From contig CBDCJV010000002.1 of NCBI GenBank assembly GCA_965217895.1, forward strand, positions 4,192,001 through 4,256,000: 64,000 nt of DNA, in the 5' to 3' direction. This DNA comes from Waterburya sp. (GTDB lineage Bacteria; Cyanobacteriota; Cyanobacteriia; Cyanobacteriales; Xenococcaceae). Shown here one piece after another: positions 51,762 through 60,944 of this stretch. The position numbers and the translations under genes were made by a program. Within the stretch, counting starts at the first letter, position 1; each line of letters begins with the position of its first letter. Below the pieces are notes generated by a model. The model searched no databases and was not told the DNA's origin. It saw only the letters and a program-made list of their open reading frames with translations.

Positions 51762-52938
51762 AATCGAATTTATTCCAGGTGAAATAAATATTGAAAATGC
51801 AGATAAATGTAAAATATCAAGATGCATTTATCATTTTCAAGATTCATGCGTAGACACTTATTGTTTAATTAGAATTTTTGAGTTTACGTCAAAAACCATA
51901 GTAATAGCCAGTCAAATATTGGGAATAACTGGAGGCAATCGGCATTTGATTAAAAATATTATTGAATATTTTAATCTAGATTGCGAAAATTTATATTGGA
52001 TAAATCATGATGGATTTTTCAGTTGCTATATGTCAGAAGAAGAATTTATTCATACTGTGTTTTTCAATAAGAAAAATTCTTTGTTCTCTCAAAAAGAGAT
52101 TGAAATTATAGAAGAAAGAAAAATTAGCATCGAAGTAGTTGAAAAATTAATTGACTCTTCTCTAAAGCCTGTTGAATCATGGTTAGGACTTGACTCAAGA
52201 GCTGAAAATAGATTTAGAAGAGCTAGAGAGGAAAGAACTTTTGAATTACTTTATTGGTATCTAAAAGATAATATTGAACATTTATACAAGCAGAAAGAAA
52301 TAATAGAGATATTAGGTCAATCTCGTCCTGGTGCAATCTTCTTTTATCCAAATCAGAGTAGAAAATTTGAGTTTATTGATTATACAGAATTATTAAATTG
52401 CAGCGATAATTCACGAAGAAAATCATTAACATATATAAATAAATCTTTTCCTGATAAAGAAATAGTGATTTGTGTTTGTATTGACAATTACGATCCATTC
52501 TGTGCGATCTTTCGTAAAGATTTTTTTGTAAATCCAGCCAAAATCAACTCTTATTCAATAGAAAAGTTAGTAGAATGCGAAATTGAGTCATCAGACACAG
52601 TAAAGTTTGATGTTGATCGGTATTGCGAAAAAATTGAATTAGGTAAAGAAAGATTAGAGAGTTTGCTGCAATTATATTTGGAACCTAAGTCTGAGCGACT
52701 CAAATCTGTATTTGAACAAATGGAATCAGCTCGATCAAAATTAGAAACTCAGCGTGGCGCACTTTTTTACTATCCAGAACACAACCAGTGTCTATTTTAT
52801 TTTAAGCAAGAACTTACTAGTGCGTTTGAAAAATTAGCAGTACCCTACGTCGACAAATATGATGTCGAAACTCAAATGGTAATTTGCTTTAGTATTTTTA
52901 ATGAATTGAGCGTCTGTGGAATTTTCCCTAAATTTTAG
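51751..52938 (+). CDS. Hypothetical protein with an internally duplicated domain
   Basis: ATG at 51751 after GGAG, overlapping the upstream stop; repeats L..YL....E.L...GA(I/L)F(F/Y)YP...Y(I/V).K......VIC. Confidence 0.65.
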   Translation: MKLEIEFIPGEINIENADKCKISRCIYHFQDSCVDTYCLIRIFEFTSKTIVIASQILGITGGNRHLIKNIIEYFNLDCENLYWINHDGFFSCYMSEEEFIHTVFFNKKNSLFSQKEIEIIEERKISIEVVEKLIDSSLKPVESWLGLDSRAENRFRRAREERTFELLYWYLKDNIEHLYKQKEIIEILGQSRPGAIFFYPNQSRKFEFIDYTELLNCSDNSRRKSLTYINKSFPDKEIVICVCIDNYDPFCAIFRKDFFVNPAKINSYSIEKLVECEIESSDTVKFDVDRYCEKIELGKERLESLLQLYLEPKSERLKSVFEQMESARSKLETQRGALFYYPEHNQCLFYFKQELTSAFEKLAVPYVDKYDVETQMVICFSIFNELSVCGIFPKF

Positions 52939-53085
52939 GCTATTATCAATATTTATTATTCGAGTCAGTCGGCGAAGCGAATCGGGCGTGCGAAGAGATA
53001 GATGATATCTCCAACATTTCCTTAGCGAACCATCGCAGCCCGACGACTGGCAACTATCTTATTCTTCAAAATCCTTCCACTGCTC

Positions 53086-54630
53086 CTAAATACTTTGTTT
53101 CTCGATCCTTGTAGCTGAATCAGTTAGTGGAACAAATTTTTTAGCACGAGGAACAAACTTCTTCGGCTTGAGCTTAATCGGAGCGCAATATTGAGCAATC
53201 TTAAGATATCCCTGAAGGTCTGGTAGATTACCCAACTCATCAGGCATCACAGCATAACTCTCTCGAAGCTGCTCGTTTAGGGTTACAGTTCTACCATTAC
53301 CGCTTCTACCAGAATTACGAGAGCGACTATGATTCTCCGCCAGATAACGAAACTCTTGTTTACCAATAATCTTCGCCATTGCTTCTGCTGTCTGAGGGTC
53401 AGCACAGTTTAAAATCAACTTAGTCTTCGTTCCCTGCAACATAGTCCGCGTTTGTTGTAGTCCGTATTTGTCAATTATCTGAGCCTCAGTTTGCGTACCC
53501 AAGATAGGACACCCCTGATACTTACGGCTCTCACTCAGTAACCTGTGGAGACTTGGCAACTGATTCAACGCTCCAAGCTCATCGATAATAATTGCGGTCT
53601 TTATTTCCCTATCTTCATTAGATAGCAAACCTTTAAGCATCAACTCAAAAATCAAGCTGTGGAGAGGCTTTAGCAATTCCGACTCATCTTCTCTTAAAGT
53701 AATAAATATCCAACGGGGACTATCACTTCTTGCCCAGTCATAAAAACTTAAAGCCTGATTATGAGGCTGAGTTAGGCAGTCATAGAACTGACAGTAATTA
53801 GCAGCAGTAGACAGTACAGAAGTTGCGGCTCTTTCTTCTCCAAGATATTTAGCAGCTAAAGTTCCTGAGACAAATGAGCTTAGTGCTTGAGTATCGCTGG
53901 TTAATAACGACCACAACTCCTGATTACTTTTAGTCTGGCGAAACAACTCAGCCATCACTGCCCTGCCAGCATTGGAGAAAAAAGGCTCCTTGGCAGAATC
54001 AATAGGAATCAAGCCTGCTGCCATAGTTTCAGGTCTAGCTGGCTCATGAACATGGCTCCAGTGAACCGACCGAGCGTCAAAAGGATTAAAGATGAAATCT
54101 CGTTGGGGATCGTAGAACTTCTGCAACATATCCCCATCGCGGTCGAAGATAATCGCCCGAAAATCGCTTCGCTGTCTAATAAGAGCCGTCATCTGGCTAA
54201 TAGCTTGAGTTTTACCAGTCCCAGGAGAACCGAACATGAAGAAACCACGATTTTCTTGCTGTTCGGGAATAGGTAGACCTGCTAATACTAGCTGAGGCTT
54301 ATATTTTGATTTTGGTTCTCTTTTGAGTATGGTTTTGAGTTGACGGGTAGGTATTACCTTTCCACCTCTTAAGACATTTTGATTGTGGTGATGGAGATTT
54401 CTCTTCGGCTTAATCAACAAGAGTGAAAACATAAAAATCATGATTACTGCCCCACCAAACAGCTTGAGATAGCCGAATTTATCGATTAGATAGGACAGGA
54501 TTAGTTCTGGGTTTTCCATTAGCAATAGAGCAACTTTCGTGTTGTCTACTGCCCACAAAGCTACTGAGAGAAAGATAAGTAAAAAAAATGATGCTACGAG
54601 AGTCTGATAGAAGTTATTTTTGGCTTTCAT
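53086..54630 (-). CDS. Type IV coupling protein (TrwB/TraD-like)
   Basis: Two N-terminal TMs, GSPGTGKT Walker A, FNPFDARS, IIDELGAL Walker B, ESRKY...GTQ. Confidence 0.92.
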   Translation of the reverse strand: MKAKNNFYQTLVASFFLLIFLSVALWAVDNTKVALLLMENPELILSYLIDKFGYLKLFGGAVIMIFMFSLLLIKPKRNLHHHNQNVLRGGKVIPTRQLKTILKREPKSKYKPQLVLAGLPIPEQQENRGFFMFGSPGTGKTQAISQMTALIRQRSDFRAIIFDRDGDMLQKFYDPQRDFIFNPFDARSVHWSHVHEPARPETMAAGLIPIDSAKEPFFSNAGRAVMAELFRQTKSNQELWSLLTSDTQALSSFVSGTLAAKYLGEERAATSVLSTAANYCQFYDCLTQPHNQALSFYDWARSDSPRWIFITLREDESELLKPLHSLIFELMLKGLLSNEDREIKTAIIIDELGALNQLPSLHRLLSESRKYQGCPILGTQTEAQIIDKYGLQQTRTMLQGTKTKLILNCADPQTAEAMAKIIGKQEFRYLAENHSRSRNSGRSGNGRTVTLNEQLRESYAVMPDELGNLPDLQGYLKIAQYCAPIKLKPKKFVPRAKKFVPLTDSATRIEKQSI

Positions 54631-57536
54631 TATCTGCCGATGGTTCTAGAGTGACTTGAAGTACGAGTAAGTTTGAGGTGCTGCTGCATCTCGATTGTTC
54701 TAGTTTTAATTTGCTGTTTGAGTTCGTTAGTAGAAAAAGTGTTCCTGACTGTGGCGTTGTCTCGGTCGAATTTTAATTTCTGACCTTTGTGGCTGATAGT
54801 CAGTGAATCTCGATCGCGTTTGATCTCTGTTCCATCTAATGTTCTAAAGCTTTTTATTTGAGGATTTTGAAGATCTGATTTACCCTGACTTTCTACTAGA
54901 TATTTAGCAGCAACGAGTAATTTAAACTCTTGTTCTCTCGATGGAGTAGATAATTGTCGATCTATTTGTTGTTTGATAACGAGGCTAAGAGCGTTTTCTT
55001 GCCCTCTGGATTTCTCTACTGATAGCCCTAGAGCTTTAGTGCTAGCGGTATACACTTTGAATTCATGTTTGGCTCGTGATGCTGCCACATAAAAACTTTC
55101 TTTTCCTACCGTCAAAGATTTACCCGAACCCGCAGCATAAATACAGTAGTTGGCAGTTTTCCCCTGGCTACTGTGGACTGTATCGACATAGCGATAGTCG
55201 GAATAAAGCAGAGCATCAGGATTGACTGTCTGAGTTTTTCCCTTAGTCTTTATTTCTATTTGTCCATTAGTGTTGAAGTCATTAACCTCAAATTGCTGCC
55301 CATTAATCTGCTTCTGTTGATTCTGATAATGGTTGCGGGTGAACTTCATCTGTTCGCCAATGCGAAGTTGGCGAGTTTCGGATTTAAATACCGCACGGTC
55401 TTTATAAGTATTTAGTTCTAAATCCTGTTTATGGTTCAGGCTATCTCTAAGAGTTAATGTTCCAGTATTTTTGTAGATGACATCAACACGGTAATATAGG
55501 TCTTTACTAAACCTGGCTGTAGTGTGACCAAACTTGATTATGTCTCCTACTTCGTAGCTACTGGCTTGGGTCAGGCTAAATTTATCTAAATCTTTAGGTT
55601 TAAGTACATTGATTTGCTGTGATTGCTGACTCAATTTATCCTGCTCAGTTAAGCCTTGGCGTATCTGTTTGGTAATGGCATCTTTTTCTTTATTCGTGCC
55701 AGCTAGAATTAATGTCTGCTTTTGAGTTATGTCGTCTCTTGCTAAGTAGTCATTGACCACTGCTTTCAGTCTCAAACTATCAATGGGTATCTGCTTAATA
55801 CTTCCTTGTTCGTTAAGCTTTTCATATCCTTGTCTTATCTCTCCTGCGGATAAAAGATCGACAACTTCTTTTAGCTGAATATTCTGCTGTCTAACATTTT
55901 TATCGATTCTAATTGTTGGCAGTTTGGCTTTTTCTTGAAGTAGTTTAAAAGGTGAGCCTGCCTGTACCGCAGCTAGCTGTTTGGTATCGCCAATTAGGAG
56001 TATGCGGGAGCTTGTTTGTTCACATCTTTCTAGCAGGTTTTTCATTTGAGTACTGCTAATCATCCCCGCTTCATCCACCACAATTAATTCATTCTTGGGC
56101 AGTGACTTTATCGGGATATTTAAATAGGCATCTAAGGTTTGAGAGTTTATATCTGCTCCCTTACTTAATTCGCTAGCAGCAGAGGCACTGGGAGCTAAAC
56201 CCCGCATATTGACATCAGACGAGATGGTTTCTTTTAAGGCTTTGACAGTATAGGTTTTACCTACTCCTGCATCACCTTGGCAAAGTATTACACCATCCCG
56301 ATTATTCACAAAATACTCTAGAGCAGAAGCTTGTACTTTATTTAGTCCTAGTTTTTGAGCTTGATGTTTAGCTATTTCTGTATTGGCTAGAGAAAGATAT
56401 CTATCTTTGCTGTTTCTAGTCAAATGTAGGATCTGCTTTTCTCTGTCAATGGCAGTTTGAGTAGTTAATCTGCCATCCTTTATTTTGACCAGACTTTTAT
56501 TCTGATTAATTTCTCTTTCTATATCTTCAAGACTATAGCTACCCTGTGATTGTCGTAGAGATTCTTTGAGCAGTATATGTTTAGGAAAAGCGATTTGTCT
56601 CTCGCTCACTACTTCCGTAGCTTCAATCACTAGATTGCTTTTATCTTTTAGATTATCAACCTGCTGATATCGATAATTGGCTTCAGGATGTTTGATATCT
56701 AACTGTTCGGCTCTTTGCTGCCACCTGAGCTTTAATTCTTTCCTTTCTGACTCCGCCTGATATATTTTGCTTTTACGTGTTGTAGTGCAGGCTCTGGCTT
56801 TGGTTGCTGCGTTAGCTCTCTGTCCTACGGCTTTTTCTATCTCCTGTTTACGAGTGCTAAATTCCTTCAGTTGTGACTGACTATAACCTCGAACATCAAA
56901 TGTCCCATCGCGGTTCCAGTCGAGTTCATAGCCGAGAGTTTGTAGTTCTCTGCCAAGTTCATGATGATAGACCATACCAATAGTCATCTTCTGCTGGTAA
57001 AGTTGGCGGTTGTCCATTGAACGCCATTTGCCATCTGCTCCTTGTGTCTGATTGAAAATCACGCAGTGGCTATGGAGTTGAGGATCTAGGTTGCGATTAT
57101 CATCGTGTTGAAAGATGGCGAATAAGGCATTATCTGTCTGAATCTGATTAGCTCCCCCTTTACCCGTTCGGGTGAAGATACAGTTTTGCTCTATGTAAGC
57201 AAGAGTAATTTTTACTGCTTTGTCATGAGCTTTAATTACGGCTTTATCTTCTTTTACTAGACCAAGTAGCGTCACTGATTTGGGAGCAGATAACGTAATA
57301 TCTCTGCCTGGGTTATATTTTTTTCCTGATTGCCTTTGGCGTAAGGAATTGCCTTGAGTATCCAGTCCTTGATAGGCATTGTTATATTCGACCGTTGAAA
57401 CGCGACCATTAAGGCTTAGTATTTCTGCACCTTGTCCGTACCACTGACTATTGGCTAATCCTTGGTTTTGAGTGTAGTAATTGTCAGTCGCATAGTCGTT
57501 TACCTTGGCGTAAAGTCTACCAATTGAGCAAACCAT
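54630..57536 (-). CDS. MOBF relaxase-helicase (TrwC/TraI-like)
   Basis: DNYY...WYG, DITLSAPKSV, HDDNRNLDPQLHSH (HUH), FSTRKQEI, QGDAGVGKT, VDEAGM, GDTKQL, TVHSSQGKT. Confidence 0.95.
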   Translation of the reverse strand: MVCSIGRLYAKVNDYATDNYYTQNQGLANSQWYGQGAEILSLNGRVSTVEYNNAYQGLDTQGNSLRQRQSGKKYNPGRDITLSAPKSVTLLGLVKEDKAVIKAHDKAVKITLAYIEQNCIFTRTGKGGANQIQTDNALFAIFQHDDNRNLDPQLHSHCVIFNQTQGADGKWRSMDNRQLYQQKMTIGMVYHHELGRELQTLGYELDWNRDGTFDVRGYSQSQLKEFSTRKQEIEKAVGQRANAATKARACTTTRKSKIYQAESERKELKLRWQQRAEQLDIKHPEANYRYQQVDNLKDKSNLVIEATEVVSERQIAFPKHILLKESLRQSQGSYSLEDIEREINQNKSLVKIKDGRLTTQTAIDREKQILHLTRNSKDRYLSLANTEIAKHQAQKLGLNKVQASALEYFVNNRDGVILCQGDAGVGKTYTVKALKETISSDVNMRGLAPSASAASELSKGADINSQTLDAYLNIPIKSLPKNELIVVDEAGMISSTQMKNLLERCEQTSSRILLIGDTKQLAAVQAGSPFKLLQEKAKLPTIRIDKNVRQQNIQLKEVVDLLSAGEIRQGYEKLNEQGSIKQIPIDSLRLKAVVNDYLARDDITQKQTLILAGTNKEKDAITKQIRQGLTEQDKLSQQSQQINVLKPKDLDKFSLTQASSYEVGDIIKFGHTTARFSKDLYYRVDVIYKNTGTLTLRDSLNHKQDLELNTYKDRAVFKSETRQLRIGEQMKFTRNHYQNQQKQINGQQFEVNDFNTNGQIEIKTKGKTQTVNPDALLYSDYRYVDTVHSSQGKTANYCIYAAGSGKSLTVGKESFYVAASRAKHEFKVYTASTKALGLSVEKSRGQENALSLVIKQQIDRQLSTPSREQEFKLLVAAKYLVESQGKSDLQNPQIKSFRTLDGTEIKRDRDSLTISHKGQKLKFDRDNATVRNTFSTNELKQQIKTRTIEMQQHLKLTRTSSHSRTIGR

Positions 57537-57704
57537 GAGGATTTATTTTGCTTGTTTAATCTTTTTTGATAGTGACATTTTTAATTAGTTAAAACTACTG
57601 TTTAAAGAGTAATTTACATTTCTTATTATTGAGGTTTAAAAATATCCAAAAATACCCAATCTATATTTATTTATAAAATTCAGATAATTTATTTTATTCT
57701 CACT

Positions 57705-57723
57705 AAGGGTGCATCAGGTGTGG
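57705..57723 (+). other. Candidate oriT nic region
   Basis: AAGGGTGCATCAGGTGTGG in the AT-rich gap upstream of the relaxase; resembles MOBF nic sites (F: GCGTGGGGTGT^GG). Confidence 0.4.
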
Positions 57724-57858
57724 AAATTTAATCAGTATAAATTTAGCTGGGGAAATTGCAAGTTTATCTACTGAAGGTGAATCTTTACTGGTTCAAAAAG
57801 TTGTTTGTTTGACAAAAAAACTGGCACAATAAATAAAAATGAGTCTAAAAAATAATCA

Positions 57859-58248
57859 ATGAATCAGTCGGAATTAAGTCCCATAGAAAAAGCGATCGCG
57901 CGTAAGATAGATAAGACTAAAGATAAGGCATCAAAACCTGGATATTTAAGAACGCTAGTGGCTAAGTTGCACTTGAGGATTGAAGCAGCCTTAGCTAGAG
58001 GATGTGAATATGATGACTTGGCTGAATCGATAACGGAGAGTGGAGTGAAGATTAGTTCGGCTACCTTGAAGCAATATCACACTGAGTATCGTCGTTCTTT
58101 GAATGAAGAGGCAGAAGAGACATCTAACACTGTTAAGTCGATATTGCCGACCGAACTACCTAAAGAAATTGAAGAAGAAATATACACCAAGGAGAATCAA
58201 CCAGATAGAAAGCAGTCGGCAGTAGATAAGTTATTTGCGAGTAAGTAA
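57859..58248 (+). CDS. StbA-like DNA-binding protein
   Basis: IEAALARGCEYDDLAESITESGVKISSATLKQY helical motif; first gene divergent from the relaxase. Confidence 0.55.
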   Translation: MNQSELSPIEKAIARKIDKTKDKASKPGYLRTLVAKLHLRIEAALARGCEYDDLAESITESGVKISSATLKQYHTEYRRSLNEEAEETSNTVKSILPTELPKEIEEEIYTKENQPDRKQSAVDKLFASK

Positions 58249-58254
58249 ATCATC

Positions 58255-59016
58255 ATGGTCAAGGTCAAAATAGACAAGACAGAATCGACATCTATAATTA
58301 TTCCAACTCGTCCTGGTATTCAGATATCTAACTGTAAGAAAGGTGGCGTAGGGAAGACTTTGCTATCTAAATTAAAGGCTGCTTACTGTTTGGAATCGGG
58401 ATTAGATTTCTATGCGGTGGATGCGGATCGGCAGGAGAGCTTTTTAAAAGCCTATCCTGAGTTTGCTCTGCCAACTCGCTTTAGTGAGTTGGATAGGAAT
58501 CTGAAGATACCCGATCGCATTTTAGATTTGGCTTTAGAGAAATTAGTATTGGTAGATTTGCCTGGAAATGTAGAAGAGGCATTTAATCATTGGCTGACGG
58601 CTAGCGATATTTTAGAGGCTTCAAAAGATCTGGGAGTGGAGATTCAGAATTGGTACGTGCTGGATGATTCAACTGAATGTTATGAAGGGTTTTTAAGAAC
58701 TCTGGAGTTTGTCAAAGATAATGCGACTCATATATTAGTCAGGAATTTAGGTCGATGTGAAGATTGGGAAAGCTTCGAGCGGGTCATTACGCCTCAGTTA
58801 ATTACTGAATATAAATTGAAGGTAATTGACCTTCCAAAGCTGAGGTTGGATACAGCGACGACTGTGTATAAGAATGCTCTGAGTTTTACTGAAGCCAGAA
58901 GACATGGCGAGTTTAGTACGGCTCAGTTAGCGGGATTGAGAGGGTATATGCGACGAGTTTATAAAGTGTTTGATGATGCTGGTTTTAATGTTGAAACTTT
59001 GAGGTTAAATCCTTGA
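58255..59016 (+). CDS. ParA/MinD-like ATPase (StbB/MobD-like)
   Basis: Deviant Walker A KGGVGKT, VDAD, LVDLPG. Confidence 0.75.
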   Translation: MVKVKIDKTESTSIIIPTRPGIQISNCKKGGVGKTLLSKLKAAYCLESGLDFYAVDADRQESFLKAYPEFALPTRFSELDRNLKIPDRILDLALEKLVLVDLPGNVEEAFNHWLTASDILEASKDLGVEIQNWYVLDDSTECYEGFLRTLEFVKDNATHILVRNLGRCEDWESFERVITPQLITEYKLKVIDLPKLRLDTATTVYKNALSFTEARRHGEFSTAQLAGLRGYMRRVYKVFDDAGFNVETLRLNP

Positions 59017-59591
59017 GTTATTTAAAGAAGCCAACTTTATCGCAGCAGCAGAATGAGCTAAAAGAATTTATCGAGCGAAGGCTGAGTACGGAACAAGCAA
59101 AGATTAGACAGAGAGTATATCAATGGCTAAATAATAATCAGTATTTTGTCGATAATGAGTTGTTTGATTTCTATTTCTGTGTTGCTCAGAATATCGCTGC
59201 TGTTGAAGTATTAGGAGCTTCTGGAGAAAAGATAGTTAAGGCAAAAACAGAGTTGGAAAAATCGGCAGAAGCTTATACGACTCAGATAGTTGATACATCT
59301 AACTGGATAAATGAGAAATTAGAGAGTCAGTTAGCCAGCATTCAGCAAAATCAACAGAAATTAGATACTAAACTGATTCAAGTCTTGGAGGGATTGAGCA
59401 GAGAGCATCAGAATTTACAAACCGTCTCTACTGGCTTGGTTAACTCGACTTCAGTTTTGTTAAAGAAGCAGAAGCAGTTAGTGATTCAGACCGAAGTAAC
59501 TAGAAAACATGTTCATCAAACAGTGATGACAGCTTGGATAATTCCTATTGTGATATTGCTGGGAAGCATATTAACGTTATTTTTGAGTTAA
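59013..59591 (+). CDS. Coiled-coil protein with C-terminal membrane anchor
   Basis: Overlaps the ATPase stop; heptad region followed by WIIPIVILLGSILTLFL. Confidence 0.6.
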   Translation: MSYLKKPTLSQQQNELKEFIERRLSTEQAKIRQRVYQWLNNNQYFVDNELFDFYFCVAQNIAAVEVLGASGEKIVKAKTELEKSAEAYTTQIVDTSNWINEKLESQLASIQQNQQKLDTKLIQVLEGLSREHQNLQTVSTGLVNSTSVLLKKQKQLVIQTEVTRKHVHQTVMTAWIIPIVILLGSILTLFLS

Positions 59592-59664
59592 ATACCATGT
59601 TAAAGTCAGAACACATCGTTTACATGAAGATTGATAAGTTAGTTGACGGTGGGATGTGTATTAA

Positions 59665-59701
59665 AGCCATTTACTATGGCGAGCAACCATAGTAAATGGC
59701 T
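59665..59701. terminator. 15-bp perfect stem-loop after the stb-like operon
   Basis: AGCCATTTACTATGG-CGAGCAA-CCATAGTAAATGGCT. Confidence 0.6.
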
Positions 59702-59913
59702 GCTCTTTAAATGTCCTAGTTTATGAAGATCAGTTTCTCGTTTCTGCTGAGTGGATTTATGGTAGATCTCACAAGTGCAAAATGAAAGTATAGTTCGATG
59801 GCAAAGAGGCAAAAGCCATATTGAACATTATGTAATTTTAAAACAAGGTTAGAAGTCGAATATAATTTTAATTTTGGCAGTAACTTGTTATTGTAAGACA
59901 AGTAGGATGATTA

Positions 59914-60942
59914 ATGAATCAGTTAACTATTTCCAACATGGCGATTACACAGGGCGAGGAAACCTCGCCCTGTGTAATCGCCATCAATTTAGCAAGTCAG
60001 CATTCTGATAACAATCCAGTTGAGCCAATCTTTGCTCGCCACGAGACTTTTCATCCCCGTTTTGGCTGGCTTAAAAAAGGTTTCGATCTAGTAACACAAG
60101 ATCCAGATGTTTTTCAGAAAGACGATGCACCCGTTCAGCTAGGCGTAGGAAAGAATATGGTGCGTTCTATTCGCTATTGGTGCAACACATTTAAAGTTTT
60201 ATTAGACAACAAACCTAACGAATTTGGAAACAGGCTTTTTGCCGATGGTGGTTGGGATTCATTTCTTGAAGACCCAGCCTCTTTGTGGTTATTGCATTGG
60301 AATCTGCTCAAGCCTACTTGTGAAGCTGCTGCTTGGTATTTTACTTTTTTTGAATTTAAAAAAGTTGAGTTTACTACCGATGAATTACTCAATGAATTAA
60401 ATGAGTGGCAACAAGCTTTTAAGAAGCAAGTAGTGGAATCTTCGCTGAAAAAAGATATTTCCTGCATTCTGCGGATGTATGGTTCGGAAGAGGGTAATGC
60501 TGGTTTCCTTGAAGATTCAATTGATAGTCCTTTTCAACAGTTAGGAATCATTCAAAATCTAGGCAATAAAGGATATAGTTTTAAAACTGGAGCAAAAGCA
60601 AACTTACCTGCGTCCATTGTTGTGGCTGCTTGTTTGGAATATGCCAGCTGGATGAGCAAAACTGCTAAAACAATCGCCGTATCTCGTCTCGTGTACGATC
60701 CTGGTAGTCCAGGTATGGCATTCAAACTATCAGAGAATGTTCTTTGCGAAGCAATTGAAAAAATAGTTCGTTCTCATAATGAGTTGGATCTTTCTGATAC
60801 GGCAGGATTAATTCAATTTTCTTTTAAAAGCGATCCAAAACAGTTAGCAGAGGATATCCTAAATGAGTATTATCAGCGAGGAAGCTCGACGAACCAAGTT
60901 CGTCGAGCTTCCTCGCTTAAGTTCAGAGGCAGAGGGGAATAA
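59914..60942 (+). CDS. DUF4007 family protein (SspB-like)
   Basis: FARHETFHPRFGWLKKG, LGVGKNMVRSIRYW, D.FLED.ASLWLLHW, SPG.AFKL. Confidence 0.85.
   Translation: MNQLTISNMAITQGEETSPCVIAINLASQHSDNNPVEPIFARHETFHPRFGWLKKGFDLVTQDPDVFQKDDAPVQLGVGKNMVRSIRYWCNTFKVLLDNKPNEFGNRLFADGGWDSFLEDPASLWLLHWNLLKPTCEAAAWYFTFFEFKKVEFTTDELLNELNEWQQAFKKQVVESSLKKDISCILRMYGSEEGNAGFLEDSIDSPFQQLGIIQNLGNKGYSFKTGAKANLPASIVVAACLEYASWMSKTAKTIAVSRLVYDPGSPGMAFKLSENVLCEAIEKIVRSHNELDLSDTAGLIQFSFKSDPKQLAEDILNEYYQRGSSTNQVRRASSLKFRGRGE
59938..59984. repeat. Perfect 22-bp-arm palindrome: 33-nt insert in a HIP1 site
   Basis: ATGGCGATTACACAGGGCGAGG-AAA-CCTCGCCCTGTGTAATCGCCAT. Confidence 0.95.
60875..60917. repeat. Perfect 20-bp-arm palindrome: 33-nt insert in a HIP1 site
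   Basis: AGCGAGGAAGCTCGACGAAC-CAA-GTTCGTCGAGCTTCCTCGCT. Confidence 0.95.
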
Positions 60943-60944
60943 TA

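Noticed and set aside
45575..57536. Prophage
   Set aside because: No terminase, capsid, tail or lysis genes; relaxase and T4CP are present instead
59598..59693. 31-aa ORF ending in a hairpin, as a type I toxin
   Set aside because: Not hydrophobic, no clear RBS and no antisense evidence
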